Below are positions 1 through 10,112 of a DNA stretch of 64,000 nt, piece after piece. The notes beneath the pieces were generated by a model. The model did no database searches. It saw only the letters and a list, made by a program, of their open reading frames with translations, and was not told the DNA's origin. Location of the stretch: NCBI GenBank assembly GCA_963738405.1, contig CAVTWJ010000001.1, forward strand, positions 1-64,000, given 5' to 3'. Positions within the stretch are counted from its first letter, which is position 1, and each line of letters begins with the position of its first letter. This DNA is from a candidate division FCPU426 bacterium. GTDB taxonomy: Bacteria > Oederibacteriota > Muellerivitia > Muellerivitales > Muellerivitaceae. The position numbers and the translations under genes are program-made.

Positions 1-1299
1 GCCGGGCATTTCCGAATTTCAACTTTTGAAGAACTCATGAGCGCGGGAAGCGCCGCCGAGTCCCCGGCGGAAGAGGGGATAGAAAAAACAAAAAAAGACA
101 ACGCCCCGGAATCCGAAACCAGCCGTTTGGGCGACGTTTCCATCCGCATCAGCGTTGAAAAAATGGACGCCCTTTTGGAAGTGGTCGGGGAACTGGCCAT
201 CTGCCAATCCCAAGTTACCGAAGGGATCGCCGCCTCAGGAATATTGGGGCATTTGGCCTCCGAATCCTCCCGCTTGGGAAAGATATCCCGCCAGCTTCAG
301 GAAATCATCCTTTCACTGCGCATGGTGCCGGTCCACCCGCTTTTCCAGCGCATGTCCCGGTTGGGACGGGACCTGTCCAAGAAAACCGGAAAGCTTCTGC
401 GCGTTGAAGTGGAGGGCGGGGACACCGAATTGGACAAGCGCATGGTGGAGGAACTGGTAGACCCCTTGGTCCACCTTCTGCGCAACGCCGTTGATCACGG
501 CATCGAGGACGCCAAAAGCCGAAGCGAGGCAGGGAAAAACGCCGAGGCCCGCATCGGGCTCAAGGCCAGCCATCAGGGGGGCGATTTTATCCTCAGGGTG
601 GAAGACGACGGGGCGGGGTTGCCCTTGGAAAAAATGGCGAAAAAGGCCTTGGAACTCGGGCTTTTGCCCAAGGGAGAGATGACCCGCGAGCAGTTGATTG
701 ATCTGATCTTTCTACCAGGTTTTTCCACGGCCGATCACGTCACCGAAGTCTCCGGCCGGGGCGTGGGTATGGATGCCGTCCGGAAGAAAATCCACCTTCT
801 CAAGGGAACCATCCAGGTCGAGACGAACCAGGGGCAGGGAACGGCCTTTATCCTCCGTATTCCCCTCACGATGGCCTTGATTGACGGCATTTTGGTTCGG
901 GTGGGCCATTCGCGTTACATCCTTCCCGCCTTCAACGTCCTCCAATTCATGGCCTTAAAAGAAACACAAAAACACCAGGTTTCCTCCGGTTCCAGCTGGC
1001 TGACCACCGTTTCCGGGAACATTCCGGTGGTGGAGCTTTCCGATTGGTTCGGCTGCGGGACGCAAAAGTCTCCTCGGCCGGTGGTGGTGCATGTGGAAGT
1101 GGGCGGTAAGGAAGCATGTTTAGTGGTGGATGAGGTGATCGGCAAACAGCAGGTAGTGGTGAAGGGCCTGGGAGAGCATCTCCAAGGCATGCGGGGAGTG
1201 GCGGGCGGCGCCATTTTGGGGGACGGACAGGTGGGATTCATTATCGACTTAAACGCCCTTGTCCAAGGAAACGCCCCTTCTTTGGCGGCTGAAAATTAA
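1..1299 (+). CDS. cheA: Chemotaxis histidine kinase CheA (5' end lies outside the window)
   Basis: Frame open from base 1; dimerisation segment (SIRISVEKMDALLEVVGEL), HATPase boxes (HLLRNAVDHGIE, EDDGAG, IFLPGFST, SGRGVGMD), C-terminal CheW-like domain; Hpt domain not in window. Confidence 0.97.
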   Translation, partial: AGHFRISTFEELMSAGSAAESPAEEGIEKTKKDNAPESETSRLGDVSIRISVEKMDALLEVVGELAICQSQVTEGIAASGILGHLASESSRLGKISRQLQEIILSLRMVPVHPLFQRMSRLGRDLSKKTGKLLRVEVEGGDTELDKRMVEELVDPLVHLLRNAVDHGIEDAKSRSEAGKNAEARIGLKASHQGGDFILRVEDDGAGLPLEKMAKKALELGLLPKGEMTREQLIDLIFLPGFSTADHVTEVSGRGVGMDAVRKKIHLLKGTIQVETNQGQGTAFILRIPLTMALIDGILVRVGHSRYILPAFNVLQFMALKETQKHQVSSGSSWLTTVSGNIPVVELSDWFGCGTQKSPRPVVVHVEVGGKEACLVVDEVIGKQQVVVKGLGEHLQGMRGVAGGAILGDGQVGFIIDLNALVQGNAPSLAAEN

Positions 1300-1315
1300 A
1301 AACGGGAGACGTGAA

Positions 1316-1837
1316 ATGGCGGTGAATCAAATGGAAGTAAGGAACAATCAGCAAATGGAAGGGAGATACCTCCTTTTCTCGATCGGGCAAGAAACCTACG
1401 GGGTGGGAATCCACCGGGTCAGGGAAATCATAGGGCCGGTGGAACTTCAAGCCCTACCGGAGGCCTCGCCAACGATCGCGGGAGTCGTGACCTTAAGGGG
1501 AAAGACCATCCCCGTGGTGGATTTGAAAAGCAGGTTGGGTTTGGAACCGCAGGAAAGAACCGGCGGGAGTTGCGTGCTGACGGTTTTGGCCAAGGGCTGG
1601 GAGGGTCCCCTTTGGATGGGGATTCTGGTGGATGGAGTTCAGGAAGTCGTCCAAGTCCGGTCTAGCGACTTGGAGGAATTGCCGGAAATGGAAGAGGACC
1701 CGAGGAGCGAATGGCTCATGGGACTGGCGAAAACCCAGGACCGAATCGTTCTTTTGCTGGATGTGGATAGGGTCGCGAAAGAGGAAGAAGTCGAATCGGT
1801 TAAATATTCTTTAGGAGGCAGTCATGAAGCGCTTTGA
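1316..1837 (+). CDS. cheW: Chemotaxis coupling protein CheW
   Basis: YLLFSIGQETYGV..VREII, GVVTLRGKTIPVVDL, GILVDGVQEV; GGGAG SD before ATG 1316. Confidence 0.93.
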   Translation: MAVNQMEVRNNQQMEGRYLLFSIGQETYGVGIHRVREIIGPVELQALPEASPTIAGVVTLRGKTIPVVDLKSRLGLEPQERTGGSCVLTVLAKGWEGPLWMGILVDGVQEVVQVRSSDLEELPEMEEDPRSEWLMGLAKTQDRIVLLLDVDRVAKEEEVESVKYSLGGSHEAL

Positions 1838-4001
1838 AAATATTAAAGTTTTAACGGTTTTGGCACTCTGCATCTCTTGGGGGAGCTTTTCTCCCTTGGG
1901 GGCGGAAGGAATTCAGGCCGGGACTGTTTCTACCACCCAAACGCCTGCCGCCGGTTTGGCGACTAATCAGGATTTGACCACGGATAGCCTTCAGCAATTG
2001 ATGGGGCTCAACGTAATGGTGACTTCATCCTCTAAAAAGGCGGAATCCCTAAGGGACGCCACCTCCGCCATCTTTGTCATTACGCAGGAGGACATCCAGC
2101 GTAGCGGCGCCCAAACGGTTCCCGATCTCCTGGCGATGGTGCCGGGGGTGCAGGTGGCCCGTCAATCGGCCGACCAATGGGCCATCAGCGCCCGGGGTTT
2201 CAACGGCCAGTACAACAACAAGATGCTGGTCTTGGTCGATGGGCGCAGCGTCTATGACCCGGCCTTGGGCGGGGTGGCTTGGAACCAGCAGGACGTGATG
2301 CTGGAGGATGTGGACCATATCGAGGTCATCCGCGGTCCCGGCGGCACGCTTTGGGGCTCCAACGCCGTCAACGGCGTGGTGAACATCATCACCAAGGATT
2401 CCAAGGTGACCCAGGGGCTTTACCTTTCGGCGGGAGCGGGTTCCCCCCTCTATCCGTCGGGTGTTTCCGGCACAACCTCACTAAACGGGACCGGCGCCTT
2501 CCGCTACGGCGGTAAGTTCTCTGATGACTTGTACTACCGCCTTTACGGGCAGATGAACAACCAGAACAATTCCGCGAACCCCGGCGTGGACAGTTATGAA
2601 CAGTCCTTGGGAAATTCGTGGAACGACTCCTCCTACGACACCCGAGTGGGATTCCGGACCGATTGGCACGCCGATCAGGACAACTTGACCCTGGAAGCCG
2701 AGGCCCAAAAGGGCGTTTTCAACTACGCGCAGCTCACCAATAACGTGACCTCGGTGTTCGACCCGAACGCCTTCGCCCAGGTGAACGACCTGAACGCCGA
2801 CCTGGACCAGAACGCCCATGTGTTGGCCCGCTGGACGAGGGATTTCAAGGACGATTCCCAGATCCAGGTTTTGGCCTATTACGACTACAACAACTTGACC
2901 AAGGCCAATGACATGAGGATCACCAACGTGGGACAGGCGGACCTGGAGTTCCAGCACCGCTTTCATTTGGCCTCGGTCAACGAGATCACCTGGGGGGGAA
3001 GCTACCGGAACATTTCGGACCAGTTCTACAACCCCTTCAACCAGGATTATTCCCCCGAGAACCAGAATCTGAATATCTACTCGGGTTTCCTGCAGGACAA
3101 GCTGACGATCGAGGAAGGCCGGCTTTACCTCACCGGCGGGCTCAAGGCGGAAAACAACCCCTATACGGGAACCGAGTGGCAGCCTTCCGGCCGTCTCTTG
3201 TGGACGCCGGACGACACCAACAGCCTTTGGACGGCCGTTTCCCGTTCGGTCCGCATCCCGACCCAGTTTTCGGAAACAGCTTTCACCTACCTCTATGGGT
3301 TTCCGGCCGGAACCTTCGGCAACCCGGTCAATGTCTATGAAGGCGTGATTCCTAACTCAAGTTTGGTGGCGGAGACCCTCGTTTCCTACGAGTTGGGCTA
3401 TCGCACCAACCCCACACCGGATACCTCGGTAGACATCGCCAGCTTCTTCAACCATTACGACAACCTGATTTCGTTCCAGAACTATTACGGTCCGGCGGTA
3501 AATACCCCCAACGGGGGCGCGATGGATCCGTCCTATCTGACGGTCATCCAGCAGCAAAACACCGGGGCTGGGAATATCTGGGGCGTGGAATTGGCGGGCC
3601 AATGGAATCCGATTTCCTCGGTGAAGGTGAACCTGTCCTACACCTACCAGGGCTATGACCAGAACATGATCAACGCCTCCAACTCCGAACTAGGCGCGCC
3701 GCCGCCGCACAATTTGGCCAACGCGCGGGTTTATTTCGATCCCTTCCAGGGATTGGAATTGAACACCAGCTTCTACTACACCGACGCCACCTTCATGTAC
3801 GACCCCCAGTCGGGTAACACCATCACCAACAGCTATGTTCAATGGAATTTGGGGGCGACGGTAAAGCCCACGGATAACCTTGAGATCTCACTCTGGGGCC
3901 TGGATTTGGAAGGCGCCCATGTGGAGACCTTGAACACCGCTTTCACCTCGCCCGCCGAGGTGGTTCCGGCCATCGCGGGTAAAGTCGCGTTGAGTTACTA
4001 G
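1824..4001 (+). CDS. TonB-dependent outer-membrane receptor (YfiR-associated subfamily)
   Basis: Signal peptide; plug domain (VTSSSKK, VITQEDIQRSG, LVLVDGR, IEVIRGPGGTLWGSNAVNGVVNIITK); beta-barrel ending in aromatic residue (VALSY). Confidence 0.93.
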   Translation: MKRFENIKVLTVLALCISWGSFSPLGAEGIQAGTVSTTQTPAAGLATNQDLTTDSLQQLMGLNVMVTSSSKKAESLRDATSAIFVITQEDIQRSGAQTVPDLLAMVPGVQVARQSADQWAISARGFNGQYNNKMLVLVDGRSVYDPALGGVAWNQQDVMLEDVDHIEVIRGPGGTLWGSNAVNGVVNIITKDSKVTQGLYLSAGAGSPLYPSGVSGTTSLNGTGAFRYGGKFSDDLYYRLYGQMNNQNNSANPGVDSYEQSLGNSWNDSSYDTRVGFRTDWHADQDNLTLEAEAQKGVFNYAQLTNNVTSVFDPNAFAQVNDLNADLDQNAHVLARWTRDFKDDSQIQVLAYYDYNNLTKANDMRITNVGQADLEFQHRFHLASVNEITWGGSYRNISDQFYNPFNQDYSPENQNLNIYSGFLQDKLTIEEGRLYLTGGLKAENNPYTGTEWQPSGRLLWTPDDTNSLWTAVSRSVRIPTQFSETAFTYLYGFPAGTFGNPVNVYEGVIPNSSLVAETLVSYELGYRTNPTPDTSVDIASFFNHYDNLISFQNYYGPAVNTPNGGAMDPSYLTVIQQQNTGAGNIWGVELAGQWNPISSVKVNLSYTYQGYDQNMINASNSELGAPPPHNLANARVYFDPFQGLELNTSFYYTDATFMYDPQSGNTITNSYVQWNLGATVKPTDNLEISLWGLDLEGAHVETLNTAFTSPAEVVPAIAGKVALSY

Positions 4002-4021
4002 AACAAGCTTAAGAACGGTTC

Positions 4022-4050
4022 GGGCGGTGACCAACTTCTGGTCACCGCCC
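4022..4050 (+). terminator. GC-rich hairpin after the TBDR gene (terminator or RNA stability element)
   Basis: GGGCGGTGACCA-acttc-TGGTCACCGCCC, perfect 12-bp stem, no strong U tract. Confidence 0.45.
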
Positions 4051-4123
4051 AGAATCTGGACGGTGTGAAAAGAACCGTAAATGTTTAAAAGGCCGTTTTT
4101 AAACGAAATTTGAGTCGAAAAAT

Positions 4124-4140
4124 TTGGCACTTGGTTTGCG
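4124..4140 (+). promoter_or_regulatory. Sigma54 (-24/-12) promoter
   Basis: TTGGCACTTGGTTTGCG with GG (4126-27) N10 GC (4138-39), about 45 nt upstream of the yfiR-like start. Confidence 0.7.
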
Positions 4141-4186
4141 TTACATGAAACAGCTTTTGAAACTCACGAAAAACACGGAGTCGAAA

Positions 4187-4741
4187 ATGATCAAAAAACT
4201 CTCTCTCTTCTTAGGGTTGGTTCTTCTCTCCGCCGGTTCAGGGCCGGCGGTAGGGGAAGTCACCGAGTACGGGGTCAAGGCCGCCTATCTCTACAACTTT
4301 ACCCAGTTCGTTCAATGGCCCGCCGGGACCTTCGCGTCCGGCGACTCTCCCCTGGTCATCGGCATCCTCGGCGACGATCCCTTCGCCGGGGTCTTGGATG
4401 ACGCGGTCAAGGGCAAGACCGCCGGCGGCCATCCCTTGACGGTCAAAAGATTGGGGCCTTTCAAGCCCGGCAAAAGCGCACTCCTGGCCAAATGCCAGAT
4501 TCTCTTCATCGCTTACTCGGAAAAGGACCAACTGCATGAAATTTTGAAATCCCTCTCGGGGGCCCCGACGCTGAGCGTTTCGGAGATCGAGAATTTCCCC
4601 CTCAAGGGAGGGCTGGTCCAGTTCGATCAGGAAGGTCAAAAAATCTCGGTCGTTCTCAACAATGAGGCGGCCGTCAAGGCGGGATTGTCCATCAGTTCCC
4701 AACTGCTTCAAGTTGTGAAACTTTACAAGGCGGAGGAGTAG
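4187..4741 (+). CDS. YfiR family (DUF4154) periplasmic protein
   Basis: Signal peptide; EYGVKAAYLYNFTQFVQWP, IGILGDDPF, CQILFI, AGLSISSQLL; GGAG SD. Confidence 0.9.
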   Translation: MIKKLSLFLGLVLLSAGSGPAVGEVTEYGVKAAYLYNFTQFVQWPAGTFASGDSPLVIGILGDDPFAGVLDDAVKGKTAGGHPLTVKRLGPFKPGKSALLAKCQILFIAYSEKDQLHEILKSLSGAPTLSVSEIENFPLKGGLVQFDQEGQKISVVLNNEAAVKAGLSISSQLLQVVKLYKAEE

Positions 4742-4744
4742 TTC

Positions 4745-6253
4745 ATGAATAAGTCCCAATCCAATGGGTTGTCGCTGAGGGTGAAGATCATGGGAATTAC
4801 GCTGGTTTCCACCACGCTGTCCCTTTTACTGGCGGCCTTGATCCTGATGCTGAACGAAAAGGCAACCTTCCCCAAGGTGATGGCGGGAAACCTTTCCAAC
4901 CTGGCCCAGGTGGTTGGGGCCAACAGCATCGCGGCCCTGACCTTTAACGATGTCAGCACCGCGGAAAACAACCTGGAAACCTTGAAAAGCAATCCCCACA
5001 TTTTGGGAGCTTGTTTCTACGACGCGAAGGGGCAGCTATTCGCGCAGTTTCGCCAGGACGCAAAGGATTCGGAGGCCTTCCCCCCGGTCAAGGATGAGGG
5101 TTTCGAAATTTCCAACGGCACCGTGAAATTGTTCCGCGAAATCCGTATGGGAAGCGATTTAAAGGGCACCCTTTATCTTGAGTCGGACATGAAGGAAATG
5201 AACGAGCGGATGGCGGGTTACACCCGTTCCCTGGGGCTGGTGCTGGTGCTTTCCCTCGTCGCCGCCTTCCTCATCGCCGCCGGGCTTCAACACCAGGTTT
5301 CCGGCCCTTTAAAGCAAATCATCGAAGGCCTGAGCGACAGCGCCGATCAGATGGCTTCCAGCTCTTCCCAAATTTCAACCGCCAGCCAGCAGATGTCCGA
5401 GGGCGCGACCGAATCAGCCAGCGTCCTTGAAGAAACCAGCGCCTCTTTAGAGGAAATCGCATCCATGACACGGCAGAACGCCGAGAACGCGGGACAAGCC
5501 GCCCAATTTATGACCGAGTCCCGACAATTGATTCATCAAGGAAACCAGGCTGTGGCAAGTACCGTGAAATCCATGAGAGACACCAAGGAAAGCGCGGAGA
5601 AAGTAACCAAGATCATCAAGACTATCGAGGAAATCGCCTTTCAAACGAACTTGTTGGCTTTGAACGCCGCAGTTGAGGCGGCCCGGGCCGGTGAGCATGG
5701 CAGGGGCTTTGCGGTGGTGGCGGAGGAAGTTCGCAACCTGGCCCAGCGCAGCGCCGTGGCGGCCAAGGATTCGGCTTCCCTGATCGAGGAAAACGCCCAA
5801 AAGGTCACCGGCGGGGTTCAGGTGAGCGAGGAAGCGGGAAAGGTCTTGTCGGACATCGTGACGCAGGCCGCGAAGGTTTCGGACCTGGTTCAGGGCATCG
5901 CCGGGGCCAGCGAGGAACAATCTAAGGGCATCGGCGAGGTGAACCTAGCGGTCTCCCAAATGGACAAGGTAACCCAGCGCAACAGCTCCAACGCCGAGGA
6001 ATTGTCGGCCTCCAGCGAGGAACTTTCAAGCCAGGCCAAAACCATCCGGGAGATGGTGAACAAATTGGTCGCGGTTCTGGAGGGCGGCAAGGCCCATTCA
6101 TCTTCCAACGATTCCCGTGAAACCGACCCCCAAGGCGTCCGTCAAACATTTTCTCGTCCTGGCGCTACCCGGTTCCAAGGCGCTTTTTCCGCCTCTGCTC
6201 AGGAAACCGCCTATTCACCCAAACCCTTAGCCTCTATTGGTGGCCGGATCTAA
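4745..6253 (+). CDS. Methyl-accepting chemotaxis protein with CHASE8 (YfiN-type) periplasmic sensor
   Basis: TM1, [11 protein letters not shown]...[22 protein letters not shown] (CHASE8-like), TM2, MCP tip [40 protein letters not shown]. Confidence 0.92.
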   Translation: MNKSQSNGLSLRVKIMGITLVSTTLSLLLAALILMLNEKATFPKVMAGNLSNLAQVVGANSIAALTFNDVSTAENNLETLKSNPHILGACFYDAKGQLFAQFRQDAKDSEAFPPVKDEGFEISNGTVKLFREIRMGSDLKGTLYLESDMKEMNERMAGYTRSLGLVLVLSLVAAFLIAAGLQHQVSGPLKQIIEGLSDSADQMASSSSQISTASQQMSEGATESASVLEETSASLEEIASMTRQNAENAGQAAQFMTESRQLIHQGNQAVASTVKSMRDTKESAEKVTKIIKTIEEIAFQTNLLALNAAVEAARAGEHGRGFAVVAEEVRNLAQRSAVAAKDSASLIEENAQKVTGGVQVSEEAGKVLSDIVTQAAKVSDLVQGIAGASEEQSKGIGEVNLAVSQMDKVTQRNSSNAEELSASSEELSSQAKTIREMVNKLVAVLEGGKAHSSSNDSRETDPQGVRQTFSRPGATRFQGAFSASAQETAYSPKPLASIGGRI

Positions 6254-6286
6254 GGGCATTCGAAAGTCATTCCTAAAGGGGAAAAA

Positions 6287-6496
6287 ATGTTGAAAAGAAA
6301 ATTAAAAATTAAGGAAGGGGAAACGCCGAAACCCAAGGCTGAAGGCGAGGCTGTGAAGCTGAAGTTGGTTTCGGTTGAGCAAAAAAAGGAAGAAAGCCTT
6401 CATCAGCCTGGAATCATTTTTTCCGGACTGAAATCGAAATTATCTTCCGAGGAGCTTCTTAAACAGTTGGGGGGAGACACGCCCGAAAGCCGGTAA
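6287..6496 (+). CDS. Small Lys/Glu-rich hypothetical protein
   Basis: 69-aa ORF with AAGGGG SD, fills the gap between MCP and cheW. Confidence 0.5.
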   Translation: MLKRKLKIKEGETPKPKAEGEAVKLKLVSVEQKKEESLHQPGIIFSGLKSKLSSEELLKQLGGDTPESR

Positions 6497-6544
6497 GGGC
6501 GTCTCAGGGCAGCCGGACATCGAAAAGACGAAAAGGAGTCAAGC

Positions 6545-7069
6545 ATGGAGACAACGCTGAAGAAGGTGGAGGGGAAATACCTGACGTTCCGCCTGGGCCG
6601 GGAAGAATACGCCCTGGAAATCCTGAAGGTCCGGGAAATCGTGGCCATGATGGAAGTTACATCTGTGCCGCTGACCGCCCTGCATATCCGGGGAGTCGTC
6701 AATCTGCGGGGAAAGATTATCCCCGTGGTGGACATGAGGAAAAAATTCTCTCTTCCGGACGCCGATAGCACCCGGGACACCTGCATCATCACCGCCATGG
6801 TAGAAGGCAACGAGGGTGAAGTCTTGACTGGCTTCCTGGTAGATGGGGTCAACGAGGTCATTCAAGTGGCCGCTTCCGAGGTGGAGCCGGTTCCGGCACT
6901 CGGCGAAGACATGCGGTTGGATTTTGTGATGGGACTTTCCAAGACCAAGGGACGGGTTATCGTTCTTTTGGACATGGACAAGGTCATGCAGGGCCAGGAA
7001 TTTAAACAGCTTCAGGAACTGGAGCAAATCACTCAGGACCTTCAAACGTCCGCAACCAAGGAGGCGTAA
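6545..7069 (+). CDS. cheW: Chemotaxis coupling protein CheW (second copy)
   Basis: KYLTFRLGREEYALEILKVREI, GVVNLRGKIIPVVDMR; AAGGAG SD. Confidence 0.95.
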   Translation: METTLKKVEGKYLTFRLGREEYALEILKVREIVAMMEVTSVPLTALHIRGVVNLRGKIIPVVDMRKKFSLPDADSTRDTCIITAMVEGNEGEVLTGFLVDGVNEVIQVAASEVEPVPALGEDMRLDFVMGLSKTKGRVIVLLDMDKVMQGQEFKQLQELEQITQDLQTSATKEA

Positions 7070-7072
7070 ATC

Positions 7073-8701
7073 ATGAATTTTAATAGGATGAAATTAGACA
7101 CGAAGTTGGTGGGATCTTCGATTTTGGTTGCGGTTCTCATGCTGGTTTTTTTCGCTCAATTCTTAACCCTTTTGCGTTCAGCCAGCAAAGGATTGGATCA
7201 GGTGGTGAAGGCAAGCCAGGCGATTCGGCTGGCCCAGGATCTGGATAACAATTTCCAATTGGCTGTTTCAAAGGGAAAGGACGTGGCCATCGTCAAGGAT
7301 CAGCACCACAAAGACGTGACCATGACCTACCTCAAAAACGCCCAGGATGCCTTGGGGGAACTTCAAAAGGCTGAGACGGATGGAGATGAACAGGAATTCC
7401 TCAAAAAACTGGGGGAACAGTTAACGAGTGTCGGGGCCAAGCTTACGACCTTGACTCAACAGCCGATCGATAAGATTCCCGCCTTGGATCTTTATACGAA
7501 CTATTTAAAGGACATTACCATCGAGTTTGATAATTCCAGTAAGACTTATGAAACCCTGTTAAATAAAAAAGTTCAGGATTCCCAAGAGGCGGTCATCGCC
7601 CAAATCGACCGTGGGCAGATCGTCGGCATCACCATTGTCCTGCTGGTTTTGGGGGGCATTCTGATGAATTTAATGATTTCTCTCGGTGTCGCGAGAACCC
7701 TGCGCAAATTGACCCGGGATTTGATTGAAAGCGCCAACCAGGTGGCCTCGGCTTCCGCCATGTCCTCTTCCGCCAGCCAGCAGTTGGCCGAAGGCGCGGG
7801 CGAATCGGCCTCCAGCCTGGAAGAAACCAGCTCGTCGCTCGAGGAAATGGCTTCCATGACCCGCCAGAACGCTGAAAACGCGGTCCGGGCGACCCGGATG
7901 GTGGATGAAACGCGCCAGAGGGTATTGCAGGGCAATGAGGCGGTGGAACAGACCGTCAAGTCGATGAAAGAAACCAACGAAAGCGCCGAAAAGATATCCA
8001 AGATCATCAAGACCATCGAGGAGATCGCCTTTCAAACCAATCTTTTGGCTTTGAACGCGGCGGTGGAAGCGGCCCGGGCAGGTGAGCATGGTCGCGGATT
8101 CGCGGTGGTGGCGGAAGAGGTCCGTAATTTGGCCCATCGTAGCGCCACGGCGGCCAAGGATACCTCGGCCTTGATTGAGGAAAACGCAAGACGCGTCTCC
8201 TTGGGTGTCAAGGTGAGCGAGGAAGCCGGAAAAACTCTTTTTGAAATCGTGGAAAGCACGAAAAAAGTTTCCAATCTGGTGGATGAAATCGCCTCCGCCA
8301 GCAAGGAACAGTCCAAGGGCATCGAGGAAATCAACACCGCCGTGGCCCAGATGGACAAAGTGACCCAGCGCAACACGGCGAACGCCGAAGAACTGGCATC
8401 CTCCAGCGAGGAATTGACGGGACAGGCCCAGATGCTCAAGGACATGGTGATTCAATTGGCGGTCCTGCCTGAGGGAAATAACGGCCAAGACAGTTTGAGC
8501 CAGGGTTTCTTGAATCATGATGCCAGAATTGCCGCCAAGTCTCCGGCCATCCATGTGCCGCATTTTAAACCCGCCCAGATTCCCTCTGGAAACGGACATG
8601 ACAAACTGAACAAGGCGCGTAAAGTTTTGGCCTACGCGGCCTCCAAGGCTTCCCCCGAGGAAGTGATTCCGCTGGGGCAGGATGAATTGAAGGACTTTTA
8701 A
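7073..8701 (+). CDS. Methyl-accepting chemotaxis protein, helical periplasmic sensor, C-terminal pentapeptide-like tail
   Basis: Two TMs, helical periplasmic domain, MCP signalling tip, linker ending [15 protein letters not shown]. Confidence 0.95.
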   Translation: MNFNRMKLDTKLVGSSILVAVLMLVFFAQFLTLLRSASKGLDQVVKASQAIRLAQDLDNNFQLAVSKGKDVAIVKDQHHKDVTMTYLKNAQDALGELQKAETDGDEQEFLKKLGEQLTSVGAKLTTLTQQPIDKIPALDLYTNYLKDITIEFDNSSKTYETLLNKKVQDSQEAVIAQIDRGQIVGITIVLLVLGGILMNLMISLGVARTLRKLTRDLIESANQVASASAMSSSASQQLAEGAGESASSLEETSSSLEEMASMTRQNAENAVRATRMVDETRQRVLQGNEAVEQTVKSMKETNESAEKISKIIKTIEEIAFQTNLLALNAAVEAARAGEHGRGFAVVAEEVRNLAHRSATAAKDTSALIEENARRVSLGVKVSEEAGKTLFEIVESTKKVSNLVDEIASASKEQSKGIEEINTAVAQMDKVTQRNTANAEELASSSEELTGQAQMLKDMVIQLAVLPEGNNGQDSLSQGFLNHDARIAAKSPAIHVPHFKPAQIPSGNGHDKLNKARKVLAYAASKASPEEVIPLGQDELKDF

Positions 8702-8703
8702 TC

Positions 8704-9543
8704 ATGGAAGGCTTGGCCATGGAATTAAAACCCGCGGATTTCCAGCGTTTTTCCCAGATGGTGCACCAGCACAGCGGCATCCATCTGGGAACGATGAAAT
8801 CGGAACTTCTGCGGGCCCGCCTGGCCAAGCGCATGAGGGCCCTTTCCCTCTCGTCTTTCAGCGAGTACTACCAAACGGTGCTGGAGGATGAAACGGGAGA
8901 GGAACTGGCCCGCATGCTGGATGTGGTGACGACCAATAAAACCGAGTTTTTCAGGGAGGACAAGCACTTCTCGATCCTGACGCAAAAGCTGATGCCTGAG
9001 CTGATCAGGGGGGCGGCCCTTCGCTCCGATAAAACCCTGCGGATCTGGTGCTCGGCCTGCTCCTCGGGTGAGGAAGCCTACACCCTGGGGATGTGTGCCC
9101 TGGAGGCGGCGGCGGGAAAGGATGTGAGGGTCAAGATCCTGGCCACCGACCTGTCGAGCCGGATGATTCACCGGGCCGTGAAGGGCGTTTACGAGAAGGA
9201 AAAGACCCAAGGGGTTCCCCCATCGCTTTTGCAGAAGTATTTCGAGGCGGAAGGGAAGGGGCAGGAGAGGGTTTACCGGGCCGGGCAGGCTTTGAGGGAC
9301 GTGATCCTGTTTCACCGGTTCAACCTCAATGCCGGCCCCTTTCCCTTTCGCAACCCTTTTGACGTCATTTTTTGCCGGAATGTCATGATTTATTTTGACC
9401 AGCCGGTCCAGCAGGATTTGGTGGGGCGGATGGCGGGAGCCTTGAGGACCGGCGGTTACTTTTTCACGGGGCTCGCGGAAAGCCTGCTGGCTATCCAACA
9501 TTCCCTGCGGTCCGTGGCCTCGTCCGTGTACGTGAAACCCTGA
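8704..9543 (+). CDS. cheR: Chemoreceptor methyltransferase CheR
   Basis: TTNKTEFFRE, IWCSACSSGEEAY, ILATDLS, FDVIFCRNVMIYFD; alternative start 8719. Confidence 0.96.
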   Translation: MEGLAMELKPADFQRFSQMVHQHSGIHLGTMKSELLRARLAKRMRALSLSSFSEYYQTVLEDETGEELARMLDVVTTNKTEFFREDKHFSILTQKLMPELIRGAALRSDKTLRIWCSACSSGEEAYTLGMCALEAAAGKDVRVKILATDLSSRMIHRAVKGVYEKEKTQGVPPSLLQKYFEAEGKGQERVYRAGQALRDVILFHRFNLNAGPFPFRNPFDVIFCRNVMIYFDQPVQQDLVGRMAGALRTGGYFFTGLAESLLAIQHSLRSVASSVYVKP

Positions 9544-10094
9544 TGGGAAAAGGAACTGTGAATGCCTCAGTCGGCAAGCCGGAAGGAAGATCGATGACCT
9601 ATCAGCCGGGATTAAGAACCATCGTCATCGGGGTGGGGGACTATTACGTCAGTAGGGACAAGCTGGACCTGCTGGTGACCTACGCCTTGGGTTCCTGTGT
9701 GGGCGTGACGGCTTATGACGTCAAGGCGGGGGTGGGGGGGATTTTGCATTTCAAGCTTCCCCATTCGGATCTGAACCCCGATATGGCGAAGGCCAATCCG
9801 GCCCTTTTTGGCGACACGGGATTGGAGGCTTTTTTGAGGCATCTGTTTCAACTGGGGGCCACCAAGCCTTATTTGGAAATCAAATTGGCGGGCGGCGCCA
9901 AATCCCTCGGGAACGCGGGGGCGTTTTTCAACATTGGAGAAAGAAACCTGCTGATCGCCCAGCGGTTCTTTTGGATGAACGGGCTGATGGTTTCCCGAAA
10001 GGAAATCGGCGGCAGCGATTACCGAACGGTGAAGTTGGAGATGGAAACGGGGAGGGTCACCGTGAAGGACCCCCGCGAGACGTACGAAATTTAG
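9543..10094 (+). CDS. cheD: Chemoreceptor glutamine deamidase CheD
   Basis: LVTYALGSCVGV, GGILHFKLP, KLAGGA, NIGERN; alternative start 9594. Confidence 0.94.
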   Translation: MGKGTVNASVGKPEGRSMTYQPGLRTIVIGVGDYYVSRDKLDLLVTYALGSCVGVTAYDVKAGVGGILHFKLPHSDLNPDMAKANPALFGDTGLEAFLRHLFQLGATKPYLEIKLAGGAKSLGNAGAFFNIGERNLLIAQRFFWMNGLMVSRKEIGGSDYRTVKLEMETGRVTVKDPRETYEI

Positions 10095-10112
10095 ATAAAC
10101 AGGAGAAAGAAG

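Noticed and set aside
5590..8170. Nucleotide similarity between the two MCP genes as a repeat or mobile element
   Set aside because: Explained by the conserved MCP signalling tip; many synonymous differences
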